DNA of 64,000 bases. It comes from Squalus acanthias. Lineage: Eukaryota. Shown here piece by piece: positions 36,428 through 47,723 of this stretch (position 1 is the stretch's first letter; every line of letters begins with the position of its first letter). The notes beneath the pieces are model-generated. The model saw only the letters and a list, made by a program, of their open reading frames with translations, did not search any database and was not told the origin of the DNA. Location of the stretch: assembly GCA_030390025.1 (NCBI GenBank), contig CM059432.1, positions 129,334,001-129,398,000 on the forward strand, read 5' to 3'. Position numbers and translations under genes: made by a program.

Positions 36428-37670
36428 CGTTTTTTGAGGATGTAACTGGTAGAATAGATAAGGGAGAACCAGTGGATGTGGTATATTTGGATTTTCAGAT
36501 AAAGTCCCACATAAGAGGTTAGTGTGCAAAATTAAAGCACATGGAATTGGGGGTAATATACTGGCATGGATTGAAAATTGGTTAACAGACAGGAAACAGA
36601 GAGTAGGAATAAATGGGTCTTTTTCGGGGTGGCAGGCGGTGACTAATGGGGTACCGCAGGGATCAGTGCTTGGGCCCCAGCTATTCACAATATATATCAA
36701 TGATTTGGATGAGGGAACCAAATGTAATATTTCCAGGTTTGCTGACGACACAAAACTAGGTGGGATTGTGAGTTGTGAGGAGGATGCAAAGAGGCTTCAA
36801 GGCGATTTAGACAAGTTGAGTGAGTGGGCAAATACATGGCAGATGCAGTATAGCATAGATAAATGTGAAGTTATCCACTTCGGTAGGAAAAACAGAAAGG
36901 TAGAGTATTATTTAAATGGTGATAGATTGGGAAATGTTGATGTACAAAGGGATCTGGGTGTCCTTGTACACCAGTCACTGAAAGCAAACATGCAGGTGCA
37001 GCAAGCAGTTAGGAAGGCAAATAGTATGTTGGCCTTCATTGCAAGAGGATTTGAGTACAGGAGCAAGGATGTCTTATTACAGTTATACAGGGCCTTGGTG
37101 AGACCACACCTGGAGTACTGTGTGCAGTTTTGGTCTCCTTACCTAAGAAAGGATATACTTGTCATAGAGGGAGAGCAGCGAAGGTTCACCAGACTGATTC
37201 CTGGGATGGCAGGACTGTCGTATGAGGAGAGATTGGGTCGACTAGGCCTGTATTCACTAGAGTTTAGAAGAATGAGAGGGGATCTCATTGAAACGTATAA
37301 AATTCTGACAGGGCTAGACAGATTGGATGCAGGGAGGATGTTTCCCCTGGCTGGGGGGTCTAGAACGAGGGGTCACAGTCTCAGGATACGGGGTAGGACA
37401 TTAGGACTGAGATGAGAAGAAATTTCTTCACTCAGAGGGTGGTGAACCTGTGGAATTCTCTACCACAGAAGGCTGTGGAGGCCAAGTCACTGAATATATT
37501 TAAGAAAGAGATAGATAGATTTCTAGACACAAAAGGCATCAAGGGGTATGGGGAGAGAGCGGGAATATGGTATTGAGATAGAGGATCAGCCATGATCATA
37601 TTGAATGGCGGAGCAGGCTCGAAGGGCCGAATGGCCTCTCCTGCTCCTATTTTTCTATGTTTCTATGTTT
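36428..37670 (+). mobile_element. CR1 RT/3' fragment
   Basis: ORF 36522-37415 (GVPQGSVLGP, FADD) and (TTTCTATG)n tail. Confidence 0.93.
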
Positions 37671-37694
37671 CAACCTTCTGAACTCAAGGGAAGA

Positions 37695-38270
37695 CAAGCC
37701 ATTCTGGTGAATCTGTGCTGTACCCCTTCCAAGGCAAATGTATCTTTCCTGAGGTTCGGTGCCCAAAACTGAACACGGTACTCCAGATGGGGTCTGACCG
37801 AGACTCTGTACAACTGAAGCATCACTTAGATAGGATTACATAAGATATGCAGCACAGAAACGGGCCATTCAGCTGAACCAGTCCATGCCAGCAGTTTATG
37901 CTCCACTCGAGCCTCCTCCAGTCTTTCCTCATCTGACTCTAGCAGCGTAACCCTCTATTCCCCTCTCCCTCATATGCTTTTCTAGCCTCCCCTTAAATGC
38001 ATCTATACTATTCGCTTCACCTACTCCCTGTGGTAGCGAGTTCCACATTCTCACCACTCTCTGGGTAAAGAAGTTCCTTCTGAATTCCCTATTTGATTTC
38101 TCGGTGACTATCTTACATTGATGGCTTCTTCACTTTTGAATTCCAATCTCTTTGCGATAAAGGTCAACATATACTTTTTCTACCTGTCCACTAGCTTATT
38201 TGTGTACGTGGATAGCCAAGTCCGTTTGGCCACCACAGTTCCTAATCTCTCACCATGAAGGAAATACAAA
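37695..38270 (-). mobile_element. Old CR1 fragment with a nested CR1 3' end (~37828-38125)
   Basis: RPHLEYRVQFWAP-like minus sequence flanking a copy of the 9677/34955 subfamily tail. Confidence 0.6.
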
Positions 38271-39291
38271 TGCCAGTGCAGAAAGCTTGCATTAATAAAT
38301 TAACACAAAGTTAGGTTTTCATAGCTGTAAATTCTGCCCATAGTTGGGAGTTTCAGAAAAAAAAATCTATGCTCCAATTAAACTACTTAATTAGTGTAAT
38401 ATTCCGAGTAGCACAATGATTATACCTGTTTTACATGGTTTACATTTTTTCAGTTATATGAGTGACCCTGTTATGCATTTTATCTGCGGTGTATATGCAA
38501 ATTAGGATTAGTTAGCATAGATCATTAATATGTTCCTCCTATCAACATAATTATTGTGGCCTTCAAAGTTTTTAGTGTTTTTAGAATTATTGATGAAAAT
38601 TAAAAAGGTTACACCAATGATGTTGCAGATAACACTCCTTTCTCCCGATGTCGGCTCCCAATTCATAGTTAGCATATCCGTAGAAAGTAATGGGAGATGC
38701 CAAATTCCATTAGTGAAATATAACCCTGCCACAACTTCCAAATCCTAATTTAAGCCATCTTGCGTTAAGTACAGTACTTCATGTTACAGGCGACATTTAT
38801 ACAAAACAATCATTGTGTTACCAGGAACTTCTAAAGTTAATTATATTATATCAAGAGGCAGAGATCCTTAAAATTATACCACTCCAACTACAAACCTTCC
38901 AATTGTCATGCACTTTACACATGTCACACTTTTATTTAATCCCATTATCGCCTCCTGAGTCCTACCGTCACCAAAATGTTCCCTAGATTGACAGCTATGA
39001 AGCGAGTAAGCTTTCCTTTATGCCAGCATTATAGCAAGTGCTACTGAAAAATAAACACTTTTTTTTAAAGTCGTATGTGCCCTGTAGTGACTAAAGGATA
39101 AAGCATGCTTCTGTTTAATACACCTCAGATCTTGTGCACTCCATTCATCACCCAACTTCCACAGTCGTATACCCCTTGCTGACACTTTATGAACGTCTCC
39201 CTGTCTCAACCCTCTAGGTAACTGCATCTGTCAGAACAAATTGAATGGAATCGACTAAAGGTAATTGAATTCACGTGTGACTATCACAAAA

Positions 39292-39779
39292 ACACTTCAG
39301 CAGCCAGGGGCATTCAGCCTCGGATCTGCAGGTAAGCGTTCTCCAAGGCGGCCTTCGAGATACACGACAGCGCAAAATCATAGAGCAGAAACTGATACCC
39401 AAGTTCCGCACTCATGAGGATGGCCTCAATCGCGATATCGGGTTCATGTCACGATACAGAACGTGACTTGACATCATGGCCGGTCTTCCCAGGTGTTTTT
39501 TTTTTAAAAAGACTAACACAAGAACCTACACAAATTGACAGGATATGCAGCCAGCAGGTGGTTTGACACGTTGGACCCCCTGGGACACATCTCATTGTCT
39601 TGGCTGTGCTCTTTGATGTAGGGAAAGATGTGAATAGATTTTGTCTGTGTTTAAATTGTGAATTCTGGGAGATTCTCTCACTGCAAACTTACCTGACGAA
39701 GGAGCGAACTGCTCCGAAAGCTTGTAAAATTAAATAAATCTGTTGGACTATAACCTGGTGTTGTGCGACTTCTCATTTT
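39292..39779 (+). mobile_element. Penelope family 2, 5'-truncated: GIY-YIG C-terminus plus pLTR with hammerhead
   Basis: HFSSQGHSASDLQVSVLQGGLRDTRQRKIIEQKLIPKFRTHEDGLNRDIGFMSRYRT* (not in the ORF track). 10-bp TSD TATCACAAAA (39282-39291 / 39780-39789). Confidence 0.85.
39689..39727 (+). ncRNA. Minimal type I hammerhead ribozyme
   Basis: UUAC-CUGACGA-A-GGAGC-gaacu-GCUCC-GAAA-GC-UU-GUAA. Confidence 0.8.
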
Positions 39780-40423
39780 TATCACAAAATAGGGATTGGA
39801 ACTTAAGTCCCCGTTCATAGTCCTCGTTTATTGTCCACAATTTAGCTTTATACACAATAACTGTGTGACCAGTACATTGATATACAGAATTAACAATTAT
39901 ATAAAGTCCACGTTAGTTCTGTATTTTTCTTATTGTTAGCCAAATGTTAGTTTACTAGTTTTCTTCCTTTGGCGGACGAAAGTAAATAGTGAAGCAAAAA
40001 GTATCTAGAAAGGAGCATTCCAAGTAATGGGAACCTTCAGTATGGAAAGCAAGGTTGTGGAAATGGTGGGTGGGTTGGGGGAGGGGTACTAGGGTTGGAG
40101 GGGAAATTGCCTCTGTTCAATTGTAAAGAATGGGTTAGCAATTTCACTACACCTAGTACTGAGAGGAAAACATCTCCCACGGTGTCACATTTTAGTGTCA
40201 GTTCAATTTATTTAGCTGTGTAGCAGTAGCTAAGTTAATTTAGCCATGGAGAGAACTGTTGAAAGAGCAAATTGAACTATGACCATAAGAAACTGTGCAA
40301 CAGTGAAATACCATTTGTTTGAATAAATCATGCAAATTTGCACTATCCTGGGCTCGCCACAAATAATGGAATCTCCTAAAATAGCCGAATGATCTACAGG
40401 CAAAACTTTCAAGAATCCTCTTT

Positions 40424-43305
40424 GGGGCGGAATTCTGGCAAGGTGGGACTTCAGCCCATCCCTCCATATCTGCTCCATCCTAAACCTATTTTCCTGAGTT
40501 GGGACTCATAGCATATGCACCAAGGGCTGCTGATGGGTTTACACTATCAAAAGGGAGCCCACCTGTGCAAACGCAGAGAATCACTACCAGAAGAGGCGGC
40601 AAGGAACCTTAAAGGGGTAGAAGCACCCTGAAGATCGAAATTAAACCTCAGATTTAAGGCTCTGGTCATGACTCCATTTGGGGAGCTTTAAGGCTTGACT
40701 ATTGCTTACCAGGGCCGACTGCCACCTTTCACATGGCAGCCGCAGGAAGCGGTGGTAACAGGGGCAGATAGAAGGAAGATCTGCTGGGAAATCAGGTGCT
40801 GTCCATCACTACCATTTGCCTGCGATGGGTGGGGAAGGAACGATTGCCAGCGTCCGCTCACTGAGGGAAGAGGAAGATGCGGAAGAGGAAGGAGCAGAAG
40901 AGGAGGCAGCGGAAGGAAGGATTCAACCCAGACAGCCCCTTTCTGGCTGGGATATCCGGGATGGAATCATCCGCCTGCGGTACCAGTGACCACAATCTCA
41001 ATTCCCCTTTCAACATTTGTCCCACACCTTACCTTCCCTCTGTTACTGACCATCACAGTGTCCTCTTGGCCACAATGCTGAAATAAAAGTCACCACAAAG
41101 CAAACTTTCCAACCCAACTTTATACATCTATCCACCCAATATGACAGCAAGAAATCAATTCATCACCTTTATGCATTCCCTTAGTGACTGTCTTGTGTGT
41201 GCCTTTGCCTATCCTAGTGATGTCACGCAGTGCTACCCCTGTGGCTGCAGCATGGCTGGTGGAAGGCTGGTGACTTTCAGTGGACGACACTGCAAATGGC
41301 CTTGCAGGATGACCTCGAGGAGCTGGTGGCTGGGAGTGTGAAATTGAGTGACGGTGTTTCTTCTTCTTCTTCTTCACTCTCCTCTCCCTCTTCTTGTTGA
41401 CCCACTGACTGGGCAGGCTGCATTTCTTAGGTGTGTGAAATGAGGAAGGCACAAGGGTGGAGCTGTGGTGAGGGGAGGGCGGGAAAGCAAGAGCTACACC
41501 ATGTGCACCTTGTAAATCAGAAGATATTGTGGGATGAGGGGGAAGTGGGATGTGATAAGGAGGATAACGTATGAGGATACCAGCATCATGTATCCTTTCA
41601 GCCCCGCTGCTGGTCAAGGGCTCAGCCATGCCCCTGCCAAGAATGGCCAGTACTGTCTCCTACAACAGAAAGGCAGATTATTATCTGAATGGCAATAGAT
41701 TGGGAGAAGGGGAAGTGCAACGAGACCTGGGTGTCCTTGTGCACCAGTCGCTGAAAGTAAGCATGCAGGTGCAGCAGGCGGTGAAGAAGGCAAATGGTAT
41801 GTTGGCCTTCATAGCGAAAGGGTTTGAGTATAGGAACAGGGATGTCCTGCTGCAGTTGTACAGGGCCTTGGTGAGACCACACCTTGAGTATTGTGTGCAG
41901 TTTTGGTCGCCTTATCTGAGGAAGGATGTTCTTGCCATGGAGGGAGTTCAGCGAAGATTCACAAGGCTGATACCTGGGATGGCAGGAATGACATATGAGG
42001 AGAGATTGGGTCCATTGGGCTTATACTCGCTGGAGTATAGAAGAATGAGAGGGGATCTCATCGAAACATATAAAATTCTGACAGGTCTGGACAAACTAGA
42101 TGCAGGAAGAATGTTCCCGATGGTCGGAGAGTCCAGAACCAGGGGTCATAATCTAAGGATAAGGGGTAAGCCATTTAGGACAGAAATGAGGAAGAATTTC
42201 TTCACCCAGAGAGTGGTGAACCTGTGGAATTCTCTACCACAGAAAGTAGTTGAGGCCAAGTCATTAAATATATTCAAGAATGAGTTAGATATATTTCTTA
42301 AAGCTAAAGGTATCAAGGGCTATGGGGAGAAGGCAGGTACAGGGTACTGAGTTTGGATGATCAGCCATGATCTCATCGAATGGCGGAGCAGGCTCGAGGG
42401 GCCGAATGGCCTACTCCTGCTCCTATCGTCTATGTTTCTATGTACAAGGGGGTGAGGTAAAGCTCAGAATGGGAGGTGTGCCTCGTGATTGGTACAGATT
42501 GCTGGTAGGTGAGTGATTGGGGTGGGGGGGGGGGCGGTCGTGCATTGAGCAGTGTGTGAGGCTAGTGGTGCCGTTGGTAGGAGACGGCTTTTGAAGATGC
42601 ATTCACTGACCTTGACCATTGGTCTGAGGTCATGAAGCTTCTTTGGGCACTGGAGCCAGGTCATGGGAGCGACACTGCTGGCAGTGACAGCCTTGGTGAT
42701 GTGGTCCCACATCCTTCTTTATGGAGTGCCTCCTGGCCCTTGTGGGTAGAGGACATCTCTTGCAGTGTTGACCCCCTGTACAAAGCTGGAGTGCTGCGTG
42801 CAAGACCCTGGGTGCCCCTTCCCTGGCTTGTTGAGCCATTTGTGTTAGTGCTGAAGTTCTTTTCCCTTTTTTTATGTGCAGAAGGCAGTTCAGCTTTAAG
42901 AGTTGAAGACTGCTGTTTGGGAATTATTTTTAATGTTTATTTCTTTTTCAGAAGGCAGTTGAGGTCTAAGGGCTAAAAGCTGCCTATTTTTAAATGATTT
43001 TTTATTATTTTAATTTTGGAAGGCATTGCCCCTTTAAGGGACCGACAGTGCTTTCTAAAATGACAGCCTTGCTTTAAGACAACACTGCTCTTGCTCCAGG
43101 GACGCTACGGCCACACTACATTGGGCCTCCTGCTGAGAGTAGCGCCGGAAAACCAGTCTTGCATGGTAGGTTTCGTGCTGCTCTAATTTAAATTAGCAGG
43201 CAGCACCAAATTACCGGTGCTGCCTGCGCTATGATATCGGGCGGCCGTTAACTTCGGCCCGCGGTGGCACCGGCAGGTTTCCGGCCTACTCCAATTTCTG
43301 GGCCC
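40424..43305. mobile_element. Internally deleted Harbinger element
   Basis: Transposase acidic C-terminus (~40790-40990, +) and Myb exon 1 (~42610-42839, -; WDHITKAVTASSVAPMTWLQCPKKLHDL). Layout parallels 26067-30129. Termini are weak. Confidence 0.65.
41666..42442 (+). mobile_element. CR1 3' fragment
   Basis: Open ORF2 C-terminus to 42350, TSD TACAA (41661-41665 / 42443-42447). Same subfamily as 6721-8873. Confidence 0.93.
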
Positions 43306-43477
43306 TGGATCATATTGCCGTAATTTTATTTTCCCCAATGTAAACAAGTTCAATTCTGTCACTGTCCCCTCGTGGCTTAAAGTTTTAACTCCCAGAATCA
43401 TTATTGTCGATCCCCTCTGAACCCTCTGCACCACATCAATGTTCTTCAGAAGGTCGGGTTCCCAATACTGGGCATAA

Positions 43478-43660
43478 TGTTTTATTCGTTTATGGGATGT
43501 GGGCGTCGCTGGCAAGGCCAGCATTTATTGCCCATCCCTAATTGCCCTTGAGAAGGTGGTGGTGAGCTGCCTTCTTGAACCGCTGCAGTCCGTGTGGTGA
43601 AGGTACTCCCACAGTGCTATTAGGGAGGGAGTTCCAGGAATTTGACCCAGCGACGATGAA
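43478..43660 (-). mobile_element. Family B LINE 3' end within an old CR1 remnant
   Basis: FIVAGSNSWNSLPNSTVGVPSPHGLQRFKKAAHHHLLKGN. Confidence 0.8.
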
Positions 43661-44812
43661 TGTCTCAAATGTGATTTTAACAGGGCTAAATAACCTGTCT
43701 GATCTTATAATTAAATGCTCTTCAGATGTATCCCAATACACAATTACATAGGGCTATAATACCTTCATTCATCTTATAATTTAATGTTTTTCCCATGTTT
43801 CCCATTACTGGATTGACCTGTTGGCGATACCCTTACATTAACTGAATCTTTTCAGGGAATAGTAGATAATTAGACCCAATGGCTAACAATCTTAGCCAGA
43901 AGTTTTTCCTTTTCCAATTTTGCCAGTAGACCCACATTGGCTGGGAAATTCCTCAGAGCTGCTCTGAGGAACTTTCTGGCCGTTGATTTCTTAACCAATA
44001 TACACTACATTACAATTACAAATATTGAAATCCAGCTGCCATTCTTTAAACCAACTATTCGATGAGCTGCAGTGGGAGGTCTGGTCCATTTTAACGGCCG
44101 GGGCTCGTTCACATTCCGCCGGTCGGCTGGTTGCTTGAAATGGTTGTCCAGAGGCAGCTTTGGGCCTGTAAAGGTCGGATGGCCCAGAGGCCTGCAGGCC
44201 AACAGTCAGATAAAAAGCGGGAGGGACGATTCGGGAGGGTTTCGCGGGTTGCGGGGGTGGGGGGGGGGGTTTGGTGGGTATGGGGGGAGGGTGGTGGGGG
44301 GAGGGGGTGGAGTACGGGGTGGCAATGGCCTTCCTTTCTTCGTGGGGCTCCTGGCCCCATAAAGATAAGTTGTAAGCTCACCTGACAGGGTCTCCGCTGA
44401 GTGTCCATCAGGTTTCACTGAGTGGCGTGGACGCTCCCCTCAGTAGTTAGTTAAAATTGCACTGGGGTCCTAATGACCTCATAGGATGTCCATTGACATT
44501 TATTCATGAGCCTCCTGCTTGCCTCAGGCGGACGCCTCACCCTCACAAGAAAACAGCAGCATTAAAACTGCTAAAGGGCGGGAAAAGAGCAGTAAATCCA
44601 TCGCTTGGATTTTGACTCCCGTTGCACCTGTTTTTCACTGCGCTTAGGGAGTTAACATTCCCCTTATCCTGTTCTTCTACTTTCCCATTGTCAAGCGAGT
44701 TTTCAAACAAGTTATCTAATTGACCATTAACTCCATGAGCCTTATTTTCTTTTTATATACAAGTTTCACATGCATAACTTTATCAAATGTCTTCTTAAAA
44801 CCCAAGCAAATT

Positions 44813-47427
44813 ACACCTGCAGGTTGCCCTTGTGTACTAATTTAGTTACTTCCTCAAGGAATCTCAGTAGATTTGTGGTGAGCTGACCATTGTTTCTAAA
44901 TCACAAAAGTAAGTACAGACGAGGGAAGCTATTGGGCTTCCATATTATCCTTCCATTGAATCTATGGGCTAGATTTCAATGCACAGACGGGGTTGGAGCA
45001 GGGGTGGGGCGATAGCACATGGAAAACCTGGAAATATGTTAAGCACTTCTGAAAGCGGCTTTTTAACTCAGCATTTTATTCCCAGGTTTCCCGTCCAATC
45101 AGCGTCAGCAGACGTGATGACAACCCGCATGATGCGATCACAACTCCTGTGTGTAAAAGGATACTCCAAACATGCAAGTTGAAGCAGTTGGAGTTGGGAA
45201 GAAGAGAGGAGGAAGGTCAGAAATGGAAGCGAGTCTTTCAAAGGCTGTGCCCCGTTTCACGGACGCCTCTCCGGATGTGCTGCTGGGGACTGTGAGGATC
45301 CGGAGGGAGATACTCTTCCCTACCAATGGAAGGAAGAAGCCTGCTGGGGAAACCAAGAAGGCGTGTTTGGAGGCAGCAGAAGAGGTCAGCAGCAGGAGCA
45401 TGGTGCTACGCTCCTGGATCCAATGCAGGAAGCGGTTTAATGACCTAACCAGGGCAGGAAAGGTGAGAGCAATGGCGCATTCACCTTCAGTCTTCTGTGC
45501 GTATCACCCCAACCCCCTCACCCTGCCTTCTCAAACTTACTCCAGCACATCACTCCTCACACCAACTTATCTTGCAGGAGCACCCATCCCTTGCTATCTA
45601 TGCACTTCCTCACATCCCTATCGATCCATCCACCACTGACACTCACCCTCATCCTTATGTAATGTCATGCCTCTCCCTCAAAGTCAACTTCAACAAATGC
45701 TCCTCATCCATCGGCTGAACACATGCCGTTACTCTCACTCATAGGTTTCTTCTTTCCCTCCTTGCAGGAGAAGAGAGCAGAGAACACCAAGGAGAGGCAG
45801 CGAACCGGAGGTGGCCCTCCAGCCATCTTGCAAATAACAGCTGCAGAGGAGGAGGAGCTGGAGATCAGCAGAGTCTCGGCGTGCCTGGCGGTCGGAGATG
45901 GGGAGGTGGGGGCCTCCCAGCTACCTGGTGATAGAATTAAATAGCAGACAGCCATTTGGCATACAACACTCAGTCATGTTGACATGATGTCAATAGTGAA
46001 ATATGATCACACCTGCAGGTTGCCCTTGTGTACTAATTTAGTTACCTCCTCAAGGAATCTCAGTAGATTTGTGGAGAACTGACTGTTGTTTCTAAATCAC
46101 AAAGGTAAGTACAGACGAGGGAGGCTATTGGGCCTCTATCTTATCCTTCCATTGAATCTATGGGCTGGATTTTAATGCACAGACACGCTGGGAGCAGGGG
46201 AGCCCGATAGCGCATGGGAAACCCGGAAATATGTTAAGCACTTCTGTCGGTGGCTTTTTTAATGCAGCCACTTCATTAGCATTTTATTTCCAGGTTTCCC
46301 GTCCAATCAACGGCAGCGGGTGGTGTGATGACAACCAGCATGACGCGATCTCAACTCCAGTACTTAAAGGGAGAATCCAAACATGCAAGTTGAAGCAGTT
46401 GGAGTTGCGAAGAAGAGAGGAGGAAGGTCAGAAATGAAAGCGAGTCATTCGAAGGCTGTGCCCCCATCACGGACGCCTCCCTGGATGTGCTGCTGGGGAC
46501 TGTGAGGATCTGGAGGGAGATACTCTTCCCTACCAATGGAAGGAAGAAGCCTGCTGGGGAAACCAAGAAGGCGTGTTTGGAGGTAGCAGATGAGGTCAGC
46601 AGCAGGAGCATGGTGCTATGCTCCTGGATCCAATGCAGGAAGCGGTTTAATCATACAAATTTACGGCACAGAAGGAGGTCATTCGGCCCACCTTGTCTGT
46701 GCTAGCCGAAAAAGAGCTGTCCAGCCTAATCCCACTTTCCAGCTCCTGATCTGTAGTCTTGGAGGTTACGGCACTTTAAGTGCATATCCAAGTACTTTTT
46801 AAATGTGATGAAGGTTTCTGCCTCTACCACCCTTTAATAACCTATTAGGTTTAATGACCTAACCAGGGCAGGAAACGTGAGTGCAATGGCACATTCACCT
46901 ATATCCTGATGTGCGTATCACCCCAACCCCCTCACTCTGCCTTCTCAAGCCTACTGCAGCACATCACTCCTCACGCCCACTTACATTGTAGGAGCACCCA
47001 TCCTTCTCTTTCTCTGCACTTCCTCACATTCCCATCTATCAATCCACCACTGATACTCACCCTCATCCTTATGCAATGTCATGCCTCTCCCTCATAGTCA
47101 CCCTCAACAAATGATCTTCATCCATTGGATGAACACATGCCATTACTCTCACTCATAGGTCTCTTCTTTCCCTCCTTGCAGGAGAAGAGAGCAGAGAACA
47201 CCAAGGAGAGGTAGAGAACGAGAGGTGACCATTCAGCCATCTTGCAAATAACAGCTGCAGAGGAGGAGGCGCTGGAGATCAGCGGAGTCTTGGCGTGCCT
47301 GGTTGTCGGAGATGGGCAGATGGGGGCCTCCCAGCTACCTGGTGATAGAATTAAATATCAGACAGCCATTTGGCATACAACACTCAGTCACGTTGACTTG
47401 ATGTCAACAGCCAGTGAAATATGATCA
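44813..47427 (+). repeat. Tandem duplication (44813-46008 and 46009-47427) covering flank plus the Harbinger left end and Myb exons 1-2
   Basis: Both copies start ACACCTGCAGGTTGCCCTTGTGTACTAATTTAG and end GAAATATGATC(A). Copy 2 has an extra ~200-bp CR1 tail (46652-46847, TSD GGTTTAAT). Confidence 0.92.
45223..45472 (+). pseudogene. Harbinger Myb/SANT exon 1 (duplicate copy 1, open frame)
   Basis: MEASLSKAVPRFTDASPDVLL..RREILFP..TKKACLEAAEEVS..RSWIQCRKRFNDLTRAGK followed by GTGAGA. Next exon starts after TTGCAG at ~45768. Confidence 0.8.
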
Positions 47428-47699
47428 TGTGCATAATGATAACTTCAAACACTCTTACCTTCACTGTACTCATTCATATCTTTGATCTCCCACAGGGCCT
47501 TCAAGCGTCCAGCAGGAGTTGGCCGAGGCTGCCGATGACGAGTTCATAGGAGTTCAATCTCACTGATGGTGCACCATCACAGGACTTATGCGGACCATGC
47601 ACCAGCTCAGATACTTGCACTTTGGTGGAACCAGTTACAGAGAAAGTTAGGTTTTCACCTGGTGATTCACACCTCACAAGTGAGTAAGAGTAGATGATG

Positions 47700-47723
47700 T
47701 TTCCGAGGGACTGCCTAAGAAGA
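47700..47723 (+). mobile_element. ~24-bp RTE 3'-terminal insertion
   Basis: TTTCCGAGGGACTGCCTAAGAAGA flanked by ATGATG / ATGACG. Confidence 0.65.

Noticed and set aside
39300..39340. Host exon ending at CAG|GTAAGC
   Set aside because: The sequence reads through as Penelope GIY-YIG coding sequence.
41571..42350. 259-aa fusion ORF
   Set aside because: Antisense Harbinger Myb sequence runs in frame into an inserted CR1 fragment at a TSD-defined junction.
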